From NCBI GenBank assembly GCA_965655095.1, contig OZ296656.1, forward strand, positions 39,928,001 to 39,992,000: a stretch of 64,000 nucleotides of DNA, given 5' to 3'. The stretch comes from Haplodiscus bocki. Its lineage: Eukaryota. Every line of letters starts with the position of its first letter. Positions within the stretch are counted from its first letter, which is position 1. Below, piece after piece: positions 53,651-64,000 of this stretch. Made by a program: the position numbers and the translations under genes. A model generated the notes under the pieces. It did not search any database and was not told the origin of the DNA. It worked only from the letters and a program-made list of their open reading frames with translations.

Positions 53651-55179
53651 GCGCAGGTGAAAATCTGCTGCAAAAGAGTGCACGGAAAACTCTGCGGAAG
53701 AGTGGACAGAAAAAGCCACCGCTAGCTAGTGCACTGAAAAAGCCGTTATGAAAGGCCTCAGTGGTAAAACCCCAAAGAAAGAGCGCACTGAAGTTAATCC
53801 TTCGAGAGTGTGCAGGGAAAAAACTTCCCGCGACCGAGTGAACCGAAAAAACCACTGCGGTAAAAAGGCACAGAACAAGCCCCCGCGAGAAAGTATTCGC
53901 AAAAAGCCACTGCGAAGAAACTCTCGGAAAAAGCCCTCCTGAAAAGAGCCCATGGAAATCGTCCATGCGAAAGTGCTCAAGTAAGATGTCCCGGAGAAGG
54001 CCCATGGTAAAAGCACTGCGAGAGTGTATGCAGAAAAAGCCCTGCGAAAAAAGGCATGGGAAAAAGTCCCGAAAAGTAATTCATGGAAATCGTCTATGGG
54101 AAAAAAATCATGCAAGTTGTCACCGGGAGAGAACTCCCGGTAAAAGCCTTGAAAAATACATGCAGAAGAAGCGCTGCAAAAGACGGCATGGAAAAAATCC
54201 CCATCGAAAGAGTGCACGCAAAAAACCACTGCAGGAAAGCACATGGAAAAAGCCCTGGGAAATGTCTCCTGTGAAAAAATGCACGGAAAGAAGTCCCCGC
54301 GGACGAGCGCACAGAGGAAGTCACTGCAAAAGAAAGGCACAGAACTAGCCCCTGCAAAGGTGTGCTCGCAAATAGCCACTGTAAAAAGGCGCTGGTGAAA
54401 AGCCCCCGCAAAAAAACCCATGGAAAATGTCCATGCGAAAGAGTTCACGTAAGATGTCCCTGAGAGAGGGAGCCCACTCAAAATCCCTGCAAAAATGCAT
54501 GCAGTAGAAGCCCTGCGAAAGAGGGCATGAATATAGACCACGCAAAGGAGTGCACGGAATATGCTCCCTGCAAAGAACCCACGGGAAAAGCCGCGGAAAA
54601 GCCCTGCGAAAGAGGATAAGGAATAAAAACCCTGCGAAAGAGTGCACGCAAGAAACCATTGCGACAAAGCGCACTGAAAATCGTTCCTTGAAAGTGTCCA
54701 TGGAAGTTGTCCATGCGAAGCATGGCACATAAGGATCCCGGGAAAGAGCCATTGGAAATTTCTCCTGCGAAAAAGTTCACGAGAATGGAACACTGTGAAA
54801 AAATGCACCGAAAAAACACCTATGAAGGAGCGCACGCAAAAAATCAAACAAAGGAGCGCAGATGAAAAACTGCAGCGAAAGATTGCACGGAAAAGCGTGT
54901 TCAAAAAAACGCATGAAATCAGCCACGGCGATAGAGTCCAAAAAGAAAAACAAGGCCCTGGAAGAAAGCTCGCGGAAAAACCTCAAGCGAAAGTGACCAA
55001 GAAAGTAGCCCCTGCAAAACAGTGAACGGAAAAAAACCCTTCGAAAGCGAGCATGGAAATAAACACCGCAAAACAGGCACGGGAAAAAGACATGTGAAAA
55101 AGTGCCCGAAAGAAACCCTTACAAAAGAGCGCGGGTAAACAGCTCGTGCAAAAACAGCGCATAAAAACCCTTCTGAAAA

Positions 55180-58100
55180 AGCTTACGGAAAAAAAACCTG
55201 TGAAAGAGTTCACGAAATAAAACCCACAAAAGAGCGCAGTTAAAAAGCTGCAACGGAATAGCGCACGGAGAAGCGTCTGCAAAAAACCGCATGGAGTCAG
55301 CCTCAACGAAAGAGAGAACAAAGAAAGGCCAGGCAAGAAAAGGGGCGGAAAAGGCTCGAGCGAAAGTTGCCATAAAAGTTGCCCCTGCAAATCAGTGCAC
55401 GGAAAAAAAACCAGCAAAAGCAAGCATGGAAAAAGGCTCCAAGGGAAACCCAAAGGAAAGCAAATGTGAAAAAATGCACGAAAAAACTCTTACAAAAAGG
55501 CGCAGGTAGAAAGTTCCTGTGAAAGAGCGCACGGATAAAACACCTCGGATAGAGCGTACGAGAAAAGCCTAGACAAAGTAGTGCAGGTAAAAAGATGCTA
55601 CCAAAGAGCACACGGAAAATCTTTGCCAAAGATTTTACGGATAAAGCTACTGCTGAAGCGCTCACTTGAAAAGCTCCATTCAATGAGCGCCCGCAAACAT
55701 TCCACGCTAAAAAGCCTATAAAAAAGCACCGGTGAAACGGCGCACCGAAAAGTTCTTACAAAAAAGCGCGGACTAAGATCTCCTACGAAAGAGCGCAACA
55801 AAAAAACCTCTTCGAAAAAACCCGCGGAAATACCGTTTGTGGTAGAGCGCACAAAAAATGATTTACAAAAGGGAGCATGCAAGGAACCAACGCGAAAGAG
55901 CGCAACCAAAAAAACCCCCAAAATAGAGACCACAGAAAAAGCATCTGTGAAAGAACGGACAAAAAAGCCCAGACAACGCTTTGTCGGTAAAATTTTGCTG
56001 CAAAAGAGCGCACGGAAAAGATTTTTCAAAAGACTACATGGACAAAGCGACTGCTAATGAGTGCACTCAAGAAGCCCCTACTAATTGCGCAAGGAAAAAT
56101 TCCACGCTAAAAAGCCCATCGAAAAGCACCTGTAAAACAGCGCACTAAGAAAACTCCTACAAAAGAGCGCAGGTAAAAATTTCCAACGAAAAGGGCGCAA
56201 AAAATCCCCAGTTGAAGTGCACACCAATTGAATTTCGCGGAAAAAGGTCACGGAAAAAACACTTGTGGAAAAACGTACGAAAAAACGTTACATAAGAGGG
56301 CAGTTAAAAAACTGCTGCCAAAGAGCGCTCGTAGAAGTGTCTGTAAAAAAGCGCATGGAATCAGGCCCGACGAATGAACGCACAAAAGAGACTTTGCAAG
56401 ATAACGGGCGTAAAAGACTCAAGCGAAAGTTGCCAAGAAAATCGCTCCTTGAAATCAGTGCACAGAAAGAAAGCCCTTCAAAAGCGAGCATGGAAATAGT
56501 CACCGCGAAAAAGCCACAGGAAAAACACACGCGAAAAAATGTGCAGCAGAAGGCTTTACAAAAAACGCAGTAAAATCTTGTGCCAAAAACGGCGCAGAAG
56601 AAGCCCCTGTGAAAGAGCACACCAAAAAAGTTCTGCGAAAAAACTCACGGAAAAAACCTGTGAAAGAGCTCACGAAATAAATCCTACAAAAGAGATCAGT
56701 TAAAAAACTGCAGCGAAATATGCACGGAGAAGCGTCTGCAGAGAAACGCATGGAGTCAGCCCCAACGAAAGAGAGCACAAAGAAGGCCCTACATGAAAAG
56801 GGTCGGGAAAAGCACAAGCGAAAGCTGCCATGAAAGTTGCGCCTGCAAATCACTGCACGGATAAAAAGCCCGGCAAAAACAAGCATGGAAAAGGCACCGA
56901 TAGAAACCCACGGGAAAACAAATGTGAAAAAATGCACAAAAAAGCCCTTACAAAAAAGCGCAGGTAGAAAGTTCCTGCAAAAGAGCGCAAGGATAAAACA
57001 CCTGGGATAGAGCATACGAGAAAAGCCCAAACAAAGCAGCGCAGGTAAAAAGATGCTACCAAAGAGCGCACGGAAAATCTTTTGCCAAAGATTTTACGGA
57101 TAAAGCTACTGCTGAAGCGCTCACTTGAAAAGCTCAATTCAATGAGCGCCCGCAAAGATTCCACGCTAAAAAGCACATAAAAAAGCAACTGTAAAACAGC
57201 GAACTAAGAAAACCCCTACAAAAGAGCGCAGGTAAAAATGTCCAACGAAAAGGGCGCAAAAAATCCCCAGTTGAAGTGCACACCAATTGAATTTCGCGGA
57301 AAAGCTCACGGAAAAAACACTTGTGGAGAAGCGTACGAAAAAAACGTTACATAAGAGGGCAGTTAAAAAACTGCTGCCAAAGAGCGCTCGTAGAAGTGTC
57401 TGTAAAAAACCGCATGGAATCAGGCCCGACGAATGAACGCACAAAGGAGACTTTGCAAGAAAACGGGCGTAAAAGACTCAAGCGAAGGTTGCCAAGAAAA
57501 TCGCTCCTGGAAATCAGTGCACAAGAAAAAAGCCCTTCAAAAGCAAACATGGAAATAGCCACCGCGAAAGAGCCACAGGAAAAGCACAAGCGAAAAAATG
57601 TGCAGCAAAAGCCTCTACAAAAAATGCAGTAAAAACTCGTGCCAAAAATGGCGCAGAAGAAGCCCTGTGAAAGAGCACACCAAAACTTCTGCGAAAAAAC
57701 TCACGGAAAAAACCTAAGAAAGAGCTCACGAAATAAATCCTACAAAAAAAATCAGTTAAAAAACTGCAGCGAAATAGCGCACGGAGGAGCGTCTGCAAAA
57801 AAGTGCATGGAGTCAGCCCCAACGAAAGAGAGCACAAAGAAGGCCTTGCAAGGAAAGGGGCGGAAAAAGCACAAGCGAAAGCTGCCATGAAAGTTGCCCC
57901 TGCAAATCACTGCACGGATAAAAAGCCCGGCAAAAACAAGCATGGAAAAAGGCACCGATAGAAACCCACGGGAAAACAAATGTGAAAAAATGCACAAAAA
58001 AGCCCTTACAAAAAGGCGCAGGTAGAAAGTTCCTGCGAACGAGCGCAAGGATAAAACACCTGGGATAGAGCGTACAAGAAAAGCCCAGACAAAGCAGCGC

Positions 58101-61100
58101 AGGTAAAAAAATGCTACCAAAGAGCGCATGGAAAATCTTTTGCCAAAGATTTTACGGATAAAGCTACTGCTGAAGCGCTCACATGAAAAGCTCATTTCAA
58201 TGAGCGCCCGAAAAAATTCCACGCCAAAAAACCCATAAAAAAGCTACGGTGAAACGGCGCACCGAAAAATTCTTACAAAAAAGCGCGGATGAAGATCTCC
58301 TACGAAAAAGCGCAACAAAAAAACCTCTTCGAAAAAACCCGCGGAAATACTGTTTGTGGTAGAGCGCACAAAAAATGTTTTACAAAAGGGAGCATGCAAG
58401 GAACCAACGCGAAAGAGCGCAAGCAAAAAAACCCCCAAAATAGAGACCACAGAAAAAGCATCTGTGAAAGAACGGACAAAAAAGCCCAGAGAACGCTGTG
58501 TCGGTAAAATTACGCTGCAAAAGAGCGCACGGAAAAGGTTTTTCAAAAGACTACATGGACAAAGCGACTGCTAATGAGTGCACTCAAAAAGCCCCTACTA
58601 ATTGCGCACGGAAGAATTCCACGCTAAAAAGCCCATCGAAAAGCACCTGTAAAACAGCGCACTAAGAAAACCCTACAAAAGAGCGCAGGTAAAAATGTCC
58701 AAAGAAAGGGGCGCAAAAAATCCGCAGTTGAAGTGCATACCAATAGAGTTTCGCGAAAAAGCTCACGGAAAAATTACTTGTGGAAACGCTTACGAAAAAA
58801 ACGTTACATAAGAGGGCAGTTAAAAAACTGCTGCCAAAGAGCGCTCGTAGAAGTGTCTGTAAAAAACCGCATGGAATCAGGCCCGACGAATGAACGCACA
58901 AAGGAGACCTTGCAAGAAAACGGGCGTAAAAGACTCAAGCGAAGGTTGCCAAGAAAATCGCTCCTGGAAATCAGTGCACAGGAAAAAAGCCCTTCAAAAG
59001 CAAACATGGAAATAGCCACCGCGAAAGAGCCACAGGAAAAGCACAAGCGAAAAAATGTGCAGCAAAAGCCTCTACAAAAAATGCAGTAAAAACTCGTGCT
59101 AAAAATGGCGCAGAAGAAGCCCCTGTGAAAGAGCACACGAAAACTTCTGCGAAAAAACTCACGGAAAAAAACTGTGAAAGAGCTCACGAAATAAATCCTA
59201 CGAAAGAGACCAGTTAAAAAACTGCAGCGAAATAGCGCACGGAGAAGCGCCTGCAAAAAAGTGCATGGAGTCAGCCCCAACGAAAGAGATCACAAAGAAG
59301 GCCCTGCAAGGAAAGGGGCGGAAAAAGCACAAGCGAAAGCTGCCATGAGAGTTGCCCCTGCAAATCACTGCACGGATAAAAAGCCCGGCAAAAACAAGCA
59401 TGGAAAAAGGCACCGATAGAAACCCACGGGAAAACAAATGTGAAAAAATGCACAAAAAAGCCCTTACGAAAAGGCGCAGGTAGAAAGTTCCTGCGAAAGA
59501 GCGCAAGGATAAGACACCTGGGATAGAGCGTACAAGAAAAGCCCAGACAAAGAAGCGCAGGTAAAAAAATGCTACCAAAGAGCGCATGGAAATTCTTTTG
59601 GCAAAGATTTTACAGATAAAGCTACTGCTGAAGCGCTCACATGAAAAGCTCATTTCAATGAGCGCCCGCAAAAATTCCACGCCAAAAAACCCATAAAAAT
59701 GCACCGGTGAAACGGCGCACCGAAAAATTCTTACAAAAAAGCGCGGATAAAGATCTCCTACGAAAAAGCGCAACAAAAAAACCTCTTCGAAAAAACCCGC
59801 GGAAATACCGTTTGTGGTAGAGCGCAAAAAAAATGTTTTACAAACGGGAGCATGCAAGGAACCAACGCGAAAGAGCGCAACCAAAAAAACCCCCAAAATA
59901 GAGACCACAGAAAAAGCATCTGTGAAAGAACGGACAAAAAAGCCCAGAGAACGCTGTGTCGGTAAAATTACGCTGCAAAAGAGCGCACGGAAAAGGTTTT
60001 TCAAAAGACTACATGGACAAAGCGACTGCTAATGAGTGCACTCAAGAAGCCCCTATTAATTGCGCAAGGAAAAATTCCACGCTAAAAAGCCCATCGAAAA
60101 GCACCTGTAAAACAGCGCACTAAGAAAACTCCTACAAAAGAGCGCAGGTAAAAATTTCCAACGAAAAGGGCGCAAAAAATCCCCAGTTGAAGTGCACACC
60201 AATTGAATTTCGCGGAAAAGGTCACGGAAAAAACACTTGTGGAAAAACGTACGAAAAAACGTTACATAAGAGGGCAGTTAAAAAACTGCTGCCAAAGAGC
60301 GCTCGTAGAAGTGTCTGTAAAAAAACGCATGGAATCAGGCCCGACAAATGAATAGACAAAGGAGACCTTGCAAGAAAACGGGCGTAAAAGACTCAAGCGA
60401 AGGTTGCAAAGAAAGTCGCTCCTGGAAATCAGTGCACAGAAAAAAAGCCCTTCAAAAGCGAGCATGGAAATAGCCACCGCGAAAAAGCCACAGGAAAAGC
60501 ACACGCGACAAAACGTGCAGCAAAAGCCTTTACAAAAAACGCAGTAAAAACTCGTGCCATAAATGACGCAGAAGAAGCCCCTGTGAAAGAGCACACCAAA
60601 TTTTCTGCGAAAAAACCCAAGGAAAAAACCTGTGAAAGAGCTCACGAAATAAATCCTACAAAAGAAATCAGTTAAAGAACTGCAGCGAAATAGCGCACGG
60701 AGAAGCGTCTGCAAAAAAGCGCATGGAGTCAGCCCCAACAAAAGAGAGCACAAAGAAGGCCCTGCAAGAAAAGGGTCAGAAAAAGCACAAGCGAAAGCTG
60801 CCATGAAAGTTGCCCCTGCAAATCACTGCACGGATAAAAAGCCCGGCAAAAACAAGCATGGAAAAAGGCACCGATAGAAACCCACGGGAAAACAAATGTG
60901 AAAAAATGCACAAAAAAGCCCTTACAAAAAAGCGCAGGTAGAAAGTTCCTGCAAAAGACCGCAAGGATAAAACACCTGGGATAGAGCATACGAGAAAAGC
61001 CCAAACAAAGCAGCGCAGGTAAAAAGATGCTACCAAAGAGCGTACCGAAAATATTTTGCCAAAGACTTTACGGATAAAGCTACTGCTGAAGCGCTCACTT

Positions 61101-64000
61101 GAAAAGCTCAATTCAATGAGCGCCCGCAAAAATTCCATGCTAAAAAGCCCATAAAAAAGCACCGATGAAACGGCGCACCGAAAAGTTCTTACAAAGAAGC
61201 GCGGATAAAGATCTCCTACGAAAGAGCGCAACAAAAAGCCTCTTCGAAAAAACCCGCGGAAATAGCATTTTGTGGTAGAGCGCACAAAAAACTTTTTACA
61301 AAAGGGAGCATGCAAGGAACCAACGCGAAAGAGCGCAACCAAAAAAACCCCCAAAATAGAGACCACAGAAAAAGCATCTGTGAAGGAACGGACAAAAAAG
61401 CCCAGACAACGTTTTGTCGGTAAAATTTCGCTGCAAAAGAGCGCATGGAAAAGGTTTTTCAAAAGACTACATGGACAAAGCGACTGCTAATGAGTGCACT
61501 CAAAAAGCCCCTACTAATTGCGCACGGAAGAATTCCACGCTAAAAAGCCCATCGAAAAGCACCTGTAAAACAGCGCACTAAGAAAACCCTACAAAAGAGC
61601 GCAGGTAAAAATGTCCAGAGAAAGGGGCGCAAAAAATCCGCAGTTGAAGTGCATACCAATAGAGTTTCGCGAAAAAGCTCACGGAAAAATTACTTGTGGA
61701 AACGCTTATGAAAAAAACGTTACATAAGAGGGCAGTTAAAAAACTGCTGCCAAAGAGCGCTCGTAGAAGTGTCTGTAAAAAACGCATGGAATCAGGCCCG
61801 ACAAATGAACGCACAAAGGAGACCTTGCAAGAAAACGGGCGTAAAAGACTCAAGCGAAGGTTGCAAAGAAAATCGCTCCTGGAAATCAGTGCACAGAAAA
61901 AAAGCCCTTCAAAAGCGAGCATGGAAATAGCCACCGCGAAAAAGCCACAGGAAAAGCACAAGCGAAAAAATGTGCAGCTAAACCCTCTACAAAAAATGCA
62001 GTAAAAACTCATGCCAAAAATGGCGCAGAAGAAGCCCTGTGAAAGAGCACATCAAAATTTCTGCGAAAAAACCCAAGGAAAAAGCCAGTGAAAGAGCTCA
62101 CGAAATAAATCCTACAAAAGAAATCAGTTAGAAAACTGCAGCGAAATAGCGCACGGAGAAGCGTCTGCAAAAAAGCGCATGGAGTCAGCCCCAACGAAGG
62201 AGAGCACAAAGAAGGCCCTGCAAGAAAAGGGGCGGAAAAAGCACAAGCGAAAGCTGCCATGAAAGTTGCGCCTGCAAATCACTGCACGGATAAAAAGCCC
62301 GGCAAAAACAAGCATGGAAAAGGCACCGATAGAAACCCACGGGAAAACAAATGTGAAAAAATGCAGAAAAAAGCCCTTACAAAAAGGCGCAGGTAGAAAG
62401 TTCCTGCGAAAGAGCGCAAGGATAAAACACCTGGGATGGAGCGTACGAGAAAAGCCCAGACAAAGCAGCGCAGTTAAAAAAATGCTATCAAAGAGCGCAC
62501 GGAAAGTCTTTTGCCAAAGATTTTACGGATAAAGCTACTGCTGAAGCCCTCACTTGAAGAGCTCAATTCAATGAGCGCCCGCAAACATTCCACGCTAAAA
62601 AGCCCATAAAAAAGCACCGGTAAAATGGCGCACCGAAAAATTCTTACAGAAAAGCGCGGATAAAGATCTCCTACGAAAGAGCGCAACAAAAAAACCTCTT
62701 CAAAAAAATCCGCGGAAATAGCATTTGTGGTAGAGCGCACAAAAAACTTTTTACAAAAAGGAGCATGCTAAGAACCAACGCAAAAGAGCGCAACCAAAAA
62801 AACCCCCAAAATAGAGACTACAGAAAAAGCATCTGTGAAAGAACGCACAAAAAAGCTCAGACAATGCTGTGTCGGTAAATTTATGCTGCAAAAGAGCGCA
62901 CGGATAAGGTTCTTCAAAAGACTACATGGACAAAGCGACTGCTAATGAGTGCACTCAAAAAGCCCCTACTAATTGCGCACGGAAGAATTCCACGCAGAAA
63001 AGCGCATCAAAAAGCACGTGTAAAACAGCGCACTAAGAAAACCCCACTAAGAAAGAGCGCAGGTAAAAATGTCCAACGAAAAGGGCGCAAAAAATCCCCA
63101 GTTGAAGTGCACACCAATAGAATTTCGCGAAAAAGCTCACGGAAAAAACACTTGTGGAAAAGCGTACGAAAAAAAACGTTACATAAGAGGGCAGTTAAAA
63201 AACTGCTGCCAAAGAGCGCTCGTAGAAGTGTCTGTAAAAAAACGCATGGAATCAGGCCCGACAAATGAACGCACAAAGGAGACCTTGCAAGAAAACGGGC
63301 GTAAAAGTCTCAAGCGAAGGTTGCAAAGAAAATCGCTCCAGGAAATCAGTGCACAGAAAAAAGCCCTTCAAAAGCGAGCATGGAAATAGCCACCGCGAAA
63401 AAGCCACAAGAAAAGCACAAGCGAAAAAATGTGCAGCAAATGCCTCTACAAAAAATGCAGTAAAAACTCGTGCCAAAAATGGCGCAGAAGAAGCCCTGTG
63501 AAAGAGCACATCAAAATTTCTGCGAAAAAAACCAAGGAAAAAGGGAAAAAGCCAGTGAAAGAGCTCACGAAATAAATCCTACAAAAGAAATCAGTTAGAA
63601 AACTGCAGCGAAATAGCGCACGGAGAAGCGTCTGCAAAAAAGCGCATGGAGTCAGCCCCAACGAAAGAGAGCACAAAGAAGGCCCTCCAAGAAAAATGGT
63701 GGAAGAAGCACAAGCGAAAGCTGCCATGAAAGTTGCCCCTGCAAATCACTGCACGGATAAAAAGCCCGGCAAAAACAAGCATTGAAAAAGGCACCGATAG
63801 AAACCCACGCGAAAACAAATGTGAAAAAATGCACAAAAAAGCCCTTACAAAAAGGCGCAGGTAGAAAGTTCCTGCGAAAGAGTGCACTGAAGAAAGACCT
63901 GGGATAGAGCGTATGAGAAAAGCCCAGACAAAGCAGTGCAGGTAAAAAGATGCTACCAAAGAGCGCATGGGAAATCTTTTGCCAAAGATTTTACGGATAA
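55180..64000 (+). repeat. 1,458-bp HOR, ~6 tandem copies (one shortened by ~400 bp), running off the window end
   Basis: GTTACATAAGAGGGCAGTTAAAAAACTGCTGCCAAAGAGCGCTCGTAGAAGTGTCTG occurs at 56287, 57346, 58803, 60261, 61719 and 63178 (spacings 1059, 1457, 1458, 1458, 1459). Confidence 0.93.

Larger units (their letters stand above)
1..64000 (+). repeat. Degenerate satellite-like tandem array, monomer ~26-27 bp (consensus ~GAAAAAGCCCCTGCGAAAGAGCGCACG) made of two ~13-14 bp half-units; extends beyond both window ends
   Basis: Seen directly. The GCAC-type core recurs at 3910, 3937, 3963, 3990 and 4017 (spacings 27, 26, 27, 27). The same motif family and orientation occur from the first to the last line. 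The + strand is A-rich and T-poor throughout (27 A vs 6 T in 3961-4020; 27 A vs 5 T in 63001-63060). Confidence 0.97.

Noticed and set aside
1-64000. CRISPR array (recurring motifs such as CCATGGAAATCGTCCATGCGAAAG)
   Set aside because: There is no invariant repeat with unique spacers. The intervening DNA is the same repeat family, and there are no cas-like ORFs.
1-64000. rDNA intergenic spacer, rRNA/tRNA genes, or simple telomeric repeats
   Set aside because: There are no recognisable rRNA or tRNA motifs and no TTAGGG-like tandem tracts. A neighbouring rDNA or telomere outside the window cannot be excluded.
1-64000. Purely synthetic or low-order Markov-generated sequence
   Set aside because: Kilobase near-identical duplications with diagnostic variants, homology-bounded deletions and chimeric units fit real repeat evolution. 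Exact copy numbers could still be misassembled.

Overview
The whole 64-kb window is one gene-free, single-orientation, degenerate tandem-repeat (satellite-like) array. I see no credible protein gene, RNA gene, transposon or CRISPR array. The array is hierarchical. (1) A ~13-14 bp half-unit consists of an A-tract plus a short GC-rich core. (2) Two half-units form a ~26-27 bp monomer, consensus by eye GAAAAAGCCCC(T/C)GCG-AAAGAGCGCACG. (3) A recurrent ~133-bp module contains five monomers. (4) Kilobase-scale higher-order repeats (HORs) expanded locally: ~1.72 kb x ~3 (13.6-18.6 kb), ~3.96/3.82 kb x ~2.5 (18.5-28.5 kb), 705 bp x 2 (30.5-31.9 kb), ~1.97 kb x ~7 with A/B alternation (31.2-45.5 kb), and 1,458 bp x ~6 (55.2-64 kb). 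Older, more diverged layers lie outside and between these domains. The hundreds of short ORFs are an artefact, because the consensus monomer is stop-free in all six frames. The most notable features are the nested HOR architecture built from shared, reshuffled cassettes, indels that preserve monomer register, chimeric or converted units, and variation concentrated at CpG sites. By inference these suggest methylated eukaryotic heterochromatic, centromeric or subtelomeric DNA. I could not identify the organism or the repeat family, and all counts and offsets were measured by eye.
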